The notes beneath the pieces were generated by a model, which did no database searches, was not told where the DNA came from, and saw only the letters and a list, made by a program, of their open reading frames with translations. A stretch of 64,000 nucleotides of DNA from an uncultured Lachnospiraceae bacterium (GTDB lineage Bacteria > Bacillota > Clostridia > Oscillospirales > CAG-272): positions 11,734-75,733 of the forward strand of contig CAZMZJ010000005.1 of the NCBI GenBank assembly GCA_964570825.1. The letters are read 5' to 3'. How positions within the stretch are numbered: position 1 is the stretch's first letter; each line of letters begins with the position of its first letter. Shown piece by piece: positions 1-9,489 of the stretch. Both the position numbers and the translations under genes were made by a program.

Positions 1-210
1 CGAGCCGAAGAATTCATCCTTTATGAAAAGCTGGATTTCGTCGCCTTCTTTGAGGATATAATTCTGCTCGCAGCGCGCGCGGTTGACCTTTATTTTTTTG
101 ATGCGGATAAATTTATACATCAGCGACGCGGGAAGTCCTTTTACAGCTTTTGAAATGAACTTGTCGAGTCTCTGGCCTGCGTCGTTGCGGCCGATTTTGA
201 GTATGCGCAT
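1..210 (-). CDS. RluA/RluC-family pseudouridine synthase, N-terminal S4 domain (partial, runs off window start)
   Basis: Manual translation from ATG at 210: MRILKIGRNDAGQRLDKFISKAVKGLPASLMYKFIRIKKIKVNRARCEQNYILKEGDEIQLFI; the G-Q-R-L-D-K and IKVN...L..GD.I pattern is the S4 domain of RluA enzymes. Not in the ORF track because it has no stop inside the window. Confidence 0.85.
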   Translation of the reverse strand, partial: MRILKIGRNDAGQRLDKFISKAVKGLPASLMYKFIRIKKIKVNRARCEQNYILKEGDEIQLFIKDEFFGS

Positions 211-277
211 ATATCACCGAACCTATAATATATGGAGGACAACCAAGATCGCCCTCCATTGAATTTATTATGAATGA

Positions 278-907
278 TTATTTTGTGCCGAAGATTCTGT
301 CGCCGGCGTCGCCAAGTCCCGGAACAATATACGCGTGCTCGTTGAGGTGATCGTCGAGCGCCGCGGCGAAAATATCGACATCCGGGTGGTCGGCCTGCAG
401 TTTTGCGACTCCTTCGGGAGCTGCCACAAGGCACATCATGCGTATATGGGTGCAGCCGCGCTTTTTAATCATTGAGATGGCGTCGGACGCCGAGCCTCCG
501 GTGGCAAGCATCGGATCGACGAGGATTGCCAATCTCTCCTCTATATCGAACGGGAGCTTGCAGTAATATTCGACCGGCAGATGAGTATCTGGATCGCGGT
601 AAAGACCGATATGGCCGACCTTAGCGACAGGCACAAGCTCGAGCAGTCCGTCCACCATACCGAGGCCGGCGCGGAGGATGGGAACTATGGCGAGCTTTTT
701 GCCGGAAATCATTTTAGCTTTCATTTTGGTTATCGGGGTTTCAATTGTCACTTCCTCCAGCGGCAGGTCGCGTGTCAATTCATAGCCCATGAGCATAGCC
801 ACCTCGTTAAGCAGCTCGCGGAAATCCTTCGAACCCGTTTTTTTATTTCTCATAATCGAGAGCTTGTGAGTTATAAGCGGGTGGTCTATAAGATGAAACT
901 GACTCAT
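278..907 (-). CDS. upp: uracil phosphoribosyltransferase
   Basis: [43 protein letters not shown] motif, [18 protein letters not shown]-terminus. Confidence 0.98.
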   Translation of the reverse strand: MSQFHLIDHPLITHKLSIMRNKKTGSKDFRELLNEVAMLMGYELTRDLPLEEVTIETPITKMKAKMISGKKLAIVPILRAGLGMVDGLLELVPVAKVGHIGLYRDPDTHLPVEYYCKLPFDIEERLAILVDPMLATGGSASDAISMIKKRGCTHIRMMCLVAAPEGVAKLQADHPDVDIFAAALDDHLNEHAYIVPGLGDAGDRIFGTK

Positions 908-1089
908 AGTTTCTCTCCTTTGTTTTCTATTTCCTGTCTATTATACTCCGCACGCGGTTCTTTTTCAAGTATTATTTTCAAATTAACGAATAAAATGCAG
1001 AAGTTTTCCGTCCTCCTTATTTACAATGCGGGTAAAGGGTGGTAAAATAATGCTGTAAAAATGTCAAACCAGCAAAAAGGCGGTTGTTC

Positions 1090-2412
1090 ATGTCGGAACG
1101 AAAAAAGACAGTCGGCATATATACTCTCGGCTGCAAAGTAAACCAGTATGAAAGCGAAGCCATCGCCAAAAGGTGCGCCGAACTCGGTCTTTCGGTGACG
1201 TCACCCGAGGATATCTGCGGCGCTTATATAATAAATACCTGTACTGTCACCCAGGAGGCTGACCGCAAGGCGCGGCAATTCATACGCAGGGCGATTTCCC
1301 GCAACCCTGAAGCGTACATTATCGTGACCGGCTGCTTCTCGCAGATAAACCCGGATGCCGTCGCGGCAATTTTGGGCGTGGATTATATCTGCGGCAACAC
1401 ATCTAAGCTGTCGGCAGCTGACGCCGCGGCGGAGCTTATAGCATCCGGGGCAAAAAAAGCCGGGCCCGTCATATCGGTTCATGATATAAACCGTTCGCCG
1501 TTTGAGCCGATGAGCATCAGCAGTTACAGACGCACGCGGGCTGTCGTGAAGATTGAGGACGGCTGCGAGTCGCGTTGCACATATTGCATAATCCCCGCTG
1601 CGCGAGGAAAAATACGCTCGAAACCGGTGTCTGACGTTGTCAGCGAGGTCAGGGCGCTGACAGAAGGCGGCTGTCGCGAGGTGGTGCTGACCGGAATCGA
1701 AACGGCGGCATACGGCCGTGACCTTCACGGCAGTGCCGATCTTGCATCCCTGCTTTTGGAGATTGATAAAATCGACGGCATCGGGAGGGTCCGGCTCGGC
1801 TCGCTGGACCCGTCGCTCTTCCGGCCAGAATTTATTGAAAGAATATCCGGGCTTAAATCCCTTGCGCCTCACTTCCACCTTTCGATGCAGAGCGGGTGCG
1901 ACCGTGTGCTCAATATGATGAAACGTCGCTACAGCACCGCGATGGCGGCAAGGTCGATGGAACTGATACGTCAGGCCATTCCGGGAGTGCAGTTCACCGC
2001 CGACATGATCGTCGGCTTTCCGCAGGAGAGCGATTCGGATTTTTTGGAAACACTTGATTTTGTCAGGGCTGCAAGGTTTCTGTCTGTTCATGTGTTCGCA
2101 TACTCGCGCCGGGCCGGGACGCCGGCTGCGGCGATGGCGGGGCAGATTCCGCCGGAAATCAAAAGCGCGCGTTCTGCGGAGCTTATTTCTGTTGAACGGG
2201 AAATAAGGCGTTCGATACTTGACGGCGTTGTCGCCTCCTCTCCGCTGTGCGAGGTGCTGTTTGAAACATATGACGGCAAACGCGCATTCGGGCATACCGG
2301 TTCGTTTATCGAAGTCAGCGTTCCCTCGGACGTGCCGCTGCACTCGGAAATTAAGACGGTTAAGCTTGCGTGGCATGACGGCGAAGTGTGTTCCGGCTGT
2401 ATTAGTGATTAG
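1090..2412 (+). CDS. mtaB: tRNA t6A37 methylthiotransferase (radical SAM)
   Basis: TLGCKVNQYES N-terminus, INTCTVT, radical SAM motif CESRCTYC, HLSMQSG; ATG at 1090 preferred over TTG at 1084. Confidence 0.93.
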   Translation: MSERKKTVGIYTLGCKVNQYESEAIAKRCAELGLSVTSPEDICGAYIINTCTVTQEADRKARQFIRRAISRNPEAYIIVTGCFSQINPDAVAAILGVDYICGNTSKLSAADAAAELIASGAKKAGPVISVHDINRSPFEPMSISSYRRTRAVVKIEDGCESRCTYCIIPAARGKIRSKPVSDVVSEVRALTEGGCREVVLTGIETAAYGRDLHGSADLASLLLEIDKIDGIGRVRLGSLDPSLFRPEFIERISGLKSLAPHFHLSMQSGCDRVLNMMKRRYSTAMAARSMELIRQAIPGVQFTADMIVGFPQESDSDFLETLDFVRAARFLSVHVFAYSRRAGTPAAAMAGQIPPEIKSARSAELISVEREIRRSILDGVVASSPLCEVLFETYDGKRAFGHTGSFIEVSVPSDVPLHSEIKTVKLAWHDGEVCSGCISD

Positions 2413-2434
2413 TTAAAAAACGAAAGGATAGTAT

Positions 2435-4204
2435 ATGGATAATCAAGAAACAAGCATGCCTTCGAGAAAGCACGGCATTGTCATAAACTTTCCTTCGCTC
2501 AGCGAAAGACTGCTGTATAACATGAGGCTTGACGTCGGGCTCTTAATGAAAGTTGATTTTCTCCGTTTTCTGCAGCAGCATTATAAAAATGTTGAAAAAC
2601 GGGATCCTTCGCTTGACGAGCTTTATTTTATCGACAGATATCTTGAAATTAAGGGATACGGTGCATCTCCCGTCGGAGAAATGATAGCGGATACGGAATA
2701 TGCGGCAGAAACCTATTCAGACCTGATATCAAAATGGAAGGCGGTATGCCGCCATGAATACGCGCCCTCGCTCGGCGAGGTTGCCGGCGTCGCCGGACGA
2801 TATCTTGAGCGTTCGGGCAGGATATCGCCGCTTGACAGTTATGCATCGGTTGCGGCAGGCGACGCGGCAGATCTGCGCCTGATTTTATCTGGCTTCATGC
2901 CGTGCGCGCTGACAGATGACGGCGCGGCGGGACGGCTTTGCCGCCGCGAAGCTTTAGTGGCTCCGGCTGAGGGCAGCCTTATTGTTATTCTGCATCCGGC
3001 CTCAGATGAAATGCCGCCCGACGCTTTTGCGCGCGCCCTGAGCCGCACGGTTTTCTCAAAAGGCGGTCAGGCATTCAGGCGCGGTGTATTTATAGGCGAA
3101 ACCGGGATTGCGGGAGCCATACCTGACTTGTGCGGCGGCGCGTCAATCGACCTCGACGCGGTTCCCGGCGTGGCAGCCGGCAGCGGGCTGACCGGGCTAT
3201 GCGACGCGGCGCACGGAAGCGTGGTAGCCGCGCTCGACCAGTATGCGTATAAGGAATTTGCCGCAGCGGCTGGGGCGGAAAGCATTGCCGTCAATATCAT
3301 CGGCAGCGTTTCGTCCTCGAACTCGCTTTCAGTGACGAGCGGCGGCAAGCTGCCGTTGTCAATGAATATCAAAATGGAATTTTTACGCGCTCTCGCGCGG
3401 CACACCGGCGAAAAGTTTATAATCCGCCGGCATACGCGGAATGAAGAGGAAAGCATCTGCGCGGGCCGCGATATAACCGGCGGAGCGAACTCACGCTGTT
3501 TTGACGCGGGGTCAGAGCTCCTGCTCGCGACAGTCAGGGCGGACGGCAGAGCTGAGCCGTTCTTCATGTCGCTCGGAGCGGTGCTGACCGCCGCGGCGCA
3601 GTGCGTGGCGGGAGGAGCGGATTATACCGATGCCGTGCTTTCATTCTGCGCCGAGATGCCCGCGGGGGAAAAGGACGAATCCGGGCTGTTCGACCCGTAT
3701 CAGGCAGGCGACGCGCTTGCCCTGATACTTGGTGCATACCGCGCTCAAATGGAATACTGCCTGCCTGATACGGGCAGCGTTTATACTTTTTCCGGAAACA
3801 GGCGGGACTTTTCCTTTACCGTTTCCGCGTCAGCAAGAATCAAAGGAAAACCGGTTCCGGCCGTATTCTGCAAGGCGGGCAGCGGTGTCTACCTGCTCGC
3901 GCCGCATTATGACTCTTATGGGATGCCCGATTTCGAGGACCTCCGCCGGCTCTGGCGGTACGCGGCAGCAGTCTGCCGCGACGGGCTCGCGAAATCCGCT
4001 TTCGCAGCGGGTCCCGGAAGCGTTAACGACGCAATAATGGCAATGTGCGGCGGCGGGAATATCTGCTTTGACATTTCAGGAAACGTCGACAGCAGAATCC
4101 TCAGCACATCCGCGCCGGGCGGCATAATAATAGAATCCGACGCTCAGCTTCAGGGAATGTTGATCGGGCATACAGAAGCGGCGATAAGATTTTCGGGTAT
4201 TTAA
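2435..4204 (+). CDS. PurL (FGAM synthase)-derived protein, degenerate, no glutaminase domain
   Basis: HYKNVEKRDPSLDELYFIDRY and KAGSGVYLLAPHYDSYGMPDFEDL resemble segments of the large clostridial PurL; the WSDHCRH motif expected after the first segment is absent; RBS aaagga upstream. Confidence 0.6.
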   Translation: MDNQETSMPSRKHGIVINFPSLSERLLYNMRLDVGLLMKVDFLRFLQQHYKNVEKRDPSLDELYFIDRYLEIKGYGASPVGEMIADTEYAAETYSDLISKWKAVCRHEYAPSLGEVAGVAGRYLERSGRISPLDSYASVAAGDAADLRLILSGFMPCALTDDGAAGRLCRREALVAPAEGSLIVILHPASDEMPPDAFARALSRTVFSKGGQAFRRGVFIGETGIAGAIPDLCGGASIDLDAVPGVAAGSGLTGLCDAAHGSVVAALDQYAYKEFAAAAGAESIAVNIIGSVSSSNSLSVTSGGKLPLSMNIKMEFLRALARHTGEKFIIRRHTRNEEESICAGRDITGGANSRCFDAGSELLLATVRADGRAEPFFMSLGAVLTAAAQCVAGGADYTDAVLSFCAEMPAGEKDESGLFDPYQAGDALALILGAYRAQMEYCLPDTGSVYTFSGNRRDFSFTVSASARIKGKPVPAVFCKAGSGVYLLAPHYDSYGMPDFEDLRRLWRYAAAVCRDGLAKSAFAAGPGSVNDAIMAMCGGGNICFDISGNVDSRILSTSAPGGIIIESDAQLQGMLIGHTEAAIRFSGI

Positions 4205-4227
4205 TTCATATTATTTTGAAAAAACCC

Positions 4228-4256
4228 TTGCTTTTTTATAATCGATATGATATAAT
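4228..4256 (+). promoter_or_regulatory. sigma-A promoter of rpmB
   Basis: TTGCTT-N17-TATAAT with TG extension. Confidence 0.7.
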
Positions 4257-4329
4257 AACGACTGTTGCTCGAATAATATTATATTTTCAATATATTTGCA
4301 TCGCTCGGTGCATTCAGGAGGTGTCGAAA

Positions 4330-4515
4330 ATGGCAAAATGCTGCATTTGCGGAAAAGGCGTTACTTTCGGTCAGAATGTTTCACACTCAAACCGCAAGAC
4401 TAACAGAACCTGGAAACCCAACATCCGCAAAGTAAAGGCTGTTGTTGACGGAACCCCCGCAACCGTCACGGTTTGCTCTCGCTGCTTGCGTTCGGGAAAA
4501 GTCACCCGCGCTTGA
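4330..4515 (+). CDS. rpmB: 50S ribosomal protein L28
   Basis: MAKCCICGKGVTFGQNVSHSNRKTNRTWKPNIRKV...CSRCLRSGKV; RBS aggaggtg before ATG at 4330. Confidence 0.98.
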   Translation: MAKCCICGKGVTFGQNVSHSNRKTNRTWKPNIRKVKAVVDGTPATVTVCSRCLRSGKVTRA

Positions 4516-4558
4516 GTAATCTTAGGTAATCGGGTTATATTTGGTTTAAGCCAAAGCA

Positions 4559-4590
4559 AAGGCAGACATTTTTATGTCTGCCTTCTTTGT
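4559..4590 (+). terminator. intrinsic terminator after rpmB
   Basis: AAGGCAGACAT-tttt-ATGTCTGCCTT stem followed by T-rich tail. Confidence 0.8.
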
Positions 4591-4624
4591 TCTGTGTTCT
4601 TTGTTCATTTATCCTTTGTCATTC
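4583..4624. repeat. degenerate 7-bp tandem repeat, about 6 units
   Basis: ttctttg ttctgtg ttctttg ttcattt atccttt gtcattc. Confidence 0.55.
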
Positions 4625-4675
4625 GTGCAGATACTGAAAATTCAGCTTTTGAAGCAAACATAAGGAAGTGATGAA

Positions 4676-5383
4676 ATGCTCGCCGTAACCGATTGCAGGC
4701 TGCCTGCCGATTTGCGCGATTCGCTGTCCCGGCGCGGATTCGAGGTGCTGCCGCTGCCGCCTTTCCCCCTGCTCTCGCCGGGTGTTGCCTCCCATCCCGA
4801 TATGCTGATGTTTATTCTCTGCGGCAGTCTTGTCACGCATAAGGATTATTACAGTATAGCGAAAAGAGAGATTGAACGCATATGCCTTGCGGGAAATTAC
4901 AAGCTTATTCTGTCAGACGAAGCCGTCGGCGCAAAATACCCCTCTGATATTCTGTTCAACGCGGCGCCGGTCGGTAAATTCATTTTTGCGAAGAAGGATA
5001 AAATATCCCGTCACATTTTAAAAATCGCGGACGAAAACGGGCTGAATATTATTGATGTAAGACAGGGCTACGCGCGCTGCTCGGCTGTCGCTGTCGGCAG
5101 CCGGGCTGTTATCACCGCCGACGCCGGTATAGCTTCCGCCGCCTCGGGGCACGGGATAGACGTTTTCAGAGCGCGTCCGGGATATATAAGGCTTGACGGC
5201 TTCGGCACGGGATTTATCGGCGGAGCTTCCGGGAAATGCGGCGGGAACGTTTATTTCTGCGGCAACATAGACACTCACCCCGACGGGGCGGCTATGCGCG
5301 CTTTCTGCGCCGCGCACCTATACGAGGCGGTCTCTCTCGGCAATGGTGAACTGTTTGATGCCGGAACCATATTTTTTGTATGA
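4676..5383 (+). CDS. DUF6873-like GME/amidinotransferase-fold protein
   Basis: ASHPDM, YPSDILFNAA, VRQGYARCS, ITADAGIA, GFIGGASG, YFCGNIDTHPD motifs recalled for this clostridial family. Confidence 0.7.
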   Translation: MLAVTDCRLPADLRDSLSRRGFEVLPLPPFPLLSPGVASHPDMLMFILCGSLVTHKDYYSIAKREIERICLAGNYKLILSDEAVGAKYPSDILFNAAPVGKFIFAKKDKISRHILKIADENGLNIIDVRQGYARCSAVAVGSRAVITADAGIASAASGHGIDVFRARPGYIRLDGFGTGFIGGASGKCGGNVYFCGNIDTHPDGAAMRAFCAAHLYEAVSLGNGELFDAGTIFFV

Positions 5384-5521
5384 AAAGCCGATGCTGTGCG
5401 GTATGGTTTTATTCCGGCATAATTGTCGGCATTAAGCATCAAACCATCGCTTCACAACGGCGTTTCTGCCTGATTTTCTTCAGCCGAGCGGCTTTTTGGC
5501 CGGCATTTTCTGCTGCGGATT

Positions 5522-6928
5522 TTACCTCTTCCAGGTGATCTCTTTTAACAGCGGCACGAAAAGCGCCCTTTCGTCAGCGGTCTGCCTGATATCTGCGCCT
5601 GTCGACGGATCAAAGAAATACTGGTAGCAGAAGTAAGACACTCCCGTGCATTTTTGAAGCTTCAGCGTGTACTGAAGCTCGCGGTAAAGGATGTCGCGGT
5701 TGTTGACCCATTCGTTTGCGCCGGAGCTTCCCGCATATTTATCGGCGGTGCCGCTGTAGCCGCTGTACGCCTTGCCGAGCGTCATCCCGACAATCAGCTT
5801 TACGCTGTCTGTTTTAATCATGCTCTGGTATGTTGTCGCGACCTTGACGAAATCGCACGTGGCGTGGTCGAAGCCGAAATAAATCTGCGGGCAGATATAA
5901 TCGATGTAGCCGGCGTTGCCGCACCACTCGTAAATATCGGCGTACATACTCTCGTAAACAGTCGTAAAGTTGCCGGCGGGGCTTATGCCGAAAAGCACAT
6001 TTTTATCGTATTCCTTGACGGTCGACCATAGGCCCGAAACGAGCTTGTTGAGCTGCCCGCGTCTCCAGTCGGCAAGAGATTCCCTGCCGCCCGACTTTAT
6101 ATACGCCGCATATGCCGCCGAGTCGAAGGTGGCGTCGACGCCGGTCGGATAAAAATAATCGTCCATATGAAGCCCGTCGACGTTGTATTTTTCAAGTATT
6201 TCGCGCGCCCCGTTAATTATCAGGTTCCGGACCTCCTCATATGCCGGGTTGAGGTACCAGCGGTTTGACACTTTTACGATATACTTTCAATTCAGCGATT
6301 TATCGCTGTACCATTGTTTTATCGGATATTTATCGCTTACCGAGCCGATTTCGCTGTCAAGCATGGCCCGCATCGGGTTTATCCACGCCTGAACCGAAAG
6401 GCCGATCGCATGAGCCTCCTTAATTATTATTGCGAACGGATCGTACGACGCGGTGTTTCCGTAGCTGCCGACCGCAATGCTGCTCATCGGATAATAATCG
6501 GAGGGATACATGCTGTCGGCGTACGGACGCACCTGAACTATCACTGTGTTCACGCAGACGCTTTTAATATTCGCCATAATTTTTTTTACATATGAGGTAA
6601 AGCTCGCCTCAGACCGCTGTGTCCCCCCGCTGACATAAATATCCGCCATATCGAACTGTGAGAGCCACATTGCTTTGAAATCGTCGTAATTTTGCGGTGT
6701 GTAAACGTCGGCCGACGCCCCGGCGGCTGTTGTTTCGTTTTTGATTTCGGCTGTCATTTTTTCTTCCTCTTTCTGCGTTTGAGACGCGTATGATTCCGCA
6801 CTTATGACGGTTGTTCCAGACCGAGCGGAATTTTCCGTATAGCCATAGTCACAGCCGCAGCCGCAGAGCAGCAGCGCGAGCAGCGACGCTGTCACGGCCG
6901 GCCACCTGCCGGATATGAATTTCCTCAT
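5522..6928 (-). pseudogene. family 10 glycosyl hydrolase-like (GHL10) lipoprotein interrupted by one in-frame TGA at 6287-6289
   Basis: ORFs 6287..7003 and 5522..6271 share a frame: KSLN-TGA-KYIVKVSNRWYLNPAY. Lipobox LLLCGC, KAMWLSQFD, VQVRPYADSMYPS, AWINPMR, DGLHMDDYFYP, IDYICPQIYFG. Confidence 0.85.
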
Positions 6929-7022
6929 CTTAACCTTAACCTGCCGCCTTTCGTTTATTTTTTTAAAGCAAGTGTATTTATTTGATGCCGCATTGATTTT
7001 CAATATTAATTATAGTATAATA

Positions 7023-7051
7023 ATTATAGGTAAACAAACTTCGGTTGTCAA
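7023..7051 (-). promoter_or_regulatory. sigma-A promoter for the GHL10 gene
   Basis: TTGACA-N17-TATAAT on the minus strand. Confidence 0.75.
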
Positions 7052-7094
7052 TACTTGGATAAGAATAAAATACTATCCGGATATGGAGAATTTG

Positions 7095-7730
7095 ATGTTA
7101 GGATTTTATAACTACACCGTTATCGCGACATATCTGAGCGTTGCATCGGCGTCCGCCGGCATATGGTTCGTCTTTGAGAAAAAACCGACGGCGGCTGTTT
7201 TTTGTCTTCTCTCCTGCGGGATACTTGATATGTTTGACGGAAAGATAGCCCGTACCTGCCAGAAGCGCTCGCTCGAGGCAAAAAAATTCGGCATTCAGAT
7301 AGACTCGCTCTCCGACCTTCTTGCATTCGGCGTGCTTCCGGCCGTCATAGGCTTTTCAGTGTTCGGCGGTTCGGTGCCGTATATCATTCTCGCGGTTCTT
7401 TATATGCTTGCGGCTCTAATCAGGCTTGCTTATTTCAATGTCACCGAGGAAACAAGGCAGGAGCGGACCGACGAAGCAAGGAAGCATTACACCGGCCTGC
7501 CGGTAACCACCGCGTCGTTCACATTTCCCGCGCTCTGGTGCCTGTCGGTTCGGCTGTCGGGGGCCTTCGGGTACATATTTGCGGCGCTTATGCTTGCCCA
7601 CGCCGTTCTTTTCGTTTCAACCTTCAAAATAAAGAAGGCGCACGGCAAAATGTTTGTTGCTATCTGTATTGCGGGAGCGCTGCTTTTTGTGCTTCTGACC
7701 GTGTCGGCAGTTCTCGGCCTGACGCTCTGA
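7095..7730 (+). CDS. CDP-alcohol phosphatidyltransferase (PssA-like)
   Basis: DMFDGKIAR...FGIQIDSLSDLLAFG signature, RLAYFNV, YTGLPVT; RBS ggag before ATG at 7095. Confidence 0.9.
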   Translation: MLGFYNYTVIATYLSVASASAGIWFVFEKKPTAAVFCLLSCGILDMFDGKIARTCQKRSLEAKKFGIQIDSLSDLLAFGVLPAVIGFSVFGGSVPYIILAVLYMLAALIRLAYFNVTEETRQERTDEARKHYTGLPVTTASFTFPALWCLSVRLSGAFGYIFAALMLAHAVLFVSTFKIKKAHGKMFVAICIAGALLFVLLTVSAVLGLTL

Positions 7731-7756
7731 CGCTCTGACGCTCTGATGTTCTGACA
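7720..7756. repeat. 8-bp tandem repeat (TGACGCTC) x3 plus degenerate units overlapping the stop codon
   Basis: tgacgctc tgacgctc tgacgctc tgatgttc tgacagc. Confidence 0.7.
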
Positions 7757-7820
7757 GCTGCCTATCTTATATTGAGCGTCCTGCAGCCTCACATGAATTA
7801 TATTAACGGAGGATAAATAA

Positions 7821-8942
7821 ATGTCATTTCTCGGTGAAAACATACCAAAGCTTGGGTTCGGGCTTATGCGCCTTCCGAAGAACGGCGGCGTCATAGATGT
7901 CGAGCAGGTAAAAACGATGGTGGATATGTTCCTTTCCGCCGGATTTACCTACTTTGACACCGCTTATGTTTATCAGGGTTCGGAGGCGGCGATAAAGCTT
8001 GCGCTTGTCGACAGATATCCAAGGGATATCTACCAGCTCGCCTCAAAGCTGCCCGCGTGGGCTGGCGCGAAGAACGCCGACGAGGCGAGGGCGATGTTTT
8101 ATACGTCGCTTGAGCGTACCGGCGCTGGGTATTTTGACTTTTACCTGCTTCACAACCTCGGCGGCGAGCGGATAAAATATTTCGACGATTATGGAATCTG
8201 GGACTTTGCAAATGAGCTGAAAGCGAAGGGACTTGTCCGCCATGTCGGCTTTTCGCTGCATGATTCGGCGGAAGTGCTCGATAAAATTCTGACCGCTCAC
8301 CCGGAGATGGAATTTGTCCAGCTGCAGATAAACTACGCCGACTGGGAGAACGGAGACGTTCAGTCCCGCCTGTGCTATGAAACGGCGAGGAAGCATAACA
8401 AGCCGGTCATCATTATGGAGCCGGTAAAAGGCGGTCTGCTTGCAGAGCCGCCGCGCGCCATCAGGGAGCTTTTCAGGGCAATAAATCCCGGTGCTTCGGC
8501 CGCTTCATGGGCGCTCCGTTTTGCGGCATCTCTTGAGGGCGTTATCACAGTGCTGAGCGGAATGTCAGACGCCGCGCAGATGAAGGACAATCTTGAAACA
8601 TTTAAGAGCTTCAGGCCTCTTGACGGAAAAGAGCTTGACGCAATAAAAAAGGCGCAGGAAATACTTGCGTCCGCAAGGACGGTTCCCTGCACCGACTGCA
8701 GATACTGCGTCAAAGGCTGCCCGGAAAACATCGCGATACCGGCAATTTTCGACGCTCTCAACAGGTTTTTGGCATATGAAAATCTGCCGTCTTCAAAGGG
8801 CAAGTATAATAGGGCTGTCAAGGACGGCGGGACTGCAGGCATGTGCATCGGCTGCGGGCAGTGCGAGTCGGTATGCCCGCAGCATATCCAAATAATTGAC
8901 GAGCTGAAACGGGCGGCGGAGATATTTGAGAAAAATGACTGA
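7821..8942 (+). CDS. aldo/keto reductase with C-terminal Fe-S dicluster domain
   Basis: KLGFGLMRLP, YFDTAYVY, LASKLP, VQLQINYAD, IMEPVKGG, VLSGMS; CTDCRYC and CIGCGQCESVCP motifs. Confidence 0.92.
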   Translation: MSFLGENIPKLGFGLMRLPKNGGVIDVEQVKTMVDMFLSAGFTYFDTAYVYQGSEAAIKLALVDRYPRDIYQLASKLPAWAGAKNADEARAMFYTSLERTGAGYFDFYLLHNLGGERIKYFDDYGIWDFANELKAKGLVRHVGFSLHDSAEVLDKILTAHPEMEFVQLQINYADWENGDVQSRLCYETARKHNKPVIIMEPVKGGLLAEPPRAIRELFRAINPGASAASWALRFAASLEGVITVLSGMSDAAQMKDNLETFKSFRPLDGKELDAIKKAQEILASARTVPCTDCRYCVKGCPENIAIPAIFDALNRFLAYENLPSSKGKYNRAVKDGGTAGMCIGCGQCESVCPQHIQIIDELKRAAEIFEKND

Positions 8943-9363
8943 CATAGAAAAAGCGAAAGAGGTTTTCGGCAGTTCAAAGTACACCTGCGTTCTCTGCCGC
9001 GGCGACAAAGTACTGACATCCGAGCGCACGGGGATAGCGCCGATAATGGAGCTAATCAGTTCCGGTACAGATATACGCGGCTTTTCAGCGGCGGACAGGA
9101 TTGTCGGGAAGGCGGCGGCGCTGATGTTTGTCCTTGCGGGGATTGCCGGCGTCTACGCCGGGGTGCTCAGCGACGGGGCTGCGGCTGTGCTTGAAGCGCA
9201 CGGAATCCCTTATTCGTGCGGCGCCCGCGCCGGATACATTGTCAACCGAAAAGGCGACGGGGTATGTCCGATGGAGGCTGCGGTAAAGGATATTGACGAT
9301 CCGGCAGAAGCATATACCGTGCTTTTGGCGAAAATCGAGGAGCTGAAAAGAAGCGCCGGCTGA
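8935..9363 (+). CDS. DUF1893 family protein
   Basis: SAADRIVGKAAALM, IVNRKGDGVCPMEAAV motifs; overlaps the AKR stop codon. Confidence 0.85.
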   Translation: MTDIEKAKEVFGSSKYTCVLCRGDKVLTSERTGIAPIMELISSGTDIRGFSAADRIVGKAAALMFVLAGIAGVYAGVLSDGAAAVLEAHGIPYSCGARAGYIVNRKGDGVCPMEAAVKDIDDPAEAYTVLLAKIEELKRSAG

Positions 9364-9380
9364 CCGGCGCTTCTTTTATT
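9351..9380 (+). terminator. intrinsic terminator of AKR-DUF1893
   Basis: AAGCGCCGG-ctga-CCGGCGCTT followed by cttttatt. Confidence 0.75.
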
Positions 9381-9489
9381 AGGCTGCTTGCTCTTGTCTT
9401 ATGATTTTACAGTTCAAAATAATGCCGGACGGCATAAGTACCGCAAGGAAGAACAGTTCCGCAATTTGAAATTGCAGACAGGCTTTTGT

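Noticed and set aside
1-60. Apparent frameshift near the end of the RluA-family fragment (LFI then DEFF in another frame)
   Set aside because: Printed line 1 has 59 bases. By coordinates the ATG at 210 gives exactly 70 codons, so one missing displayed base restores the frame. Treated as a display artefact.
6287-6289. Selenocysteine or alternative genetic code reading of the in-frame TGA
   Set aside because: No clear SECIS-like hairpin follows, the position looks like a Gly loop rather than a Cys site, and TGA is a normal stop in rpmB and other genes here.
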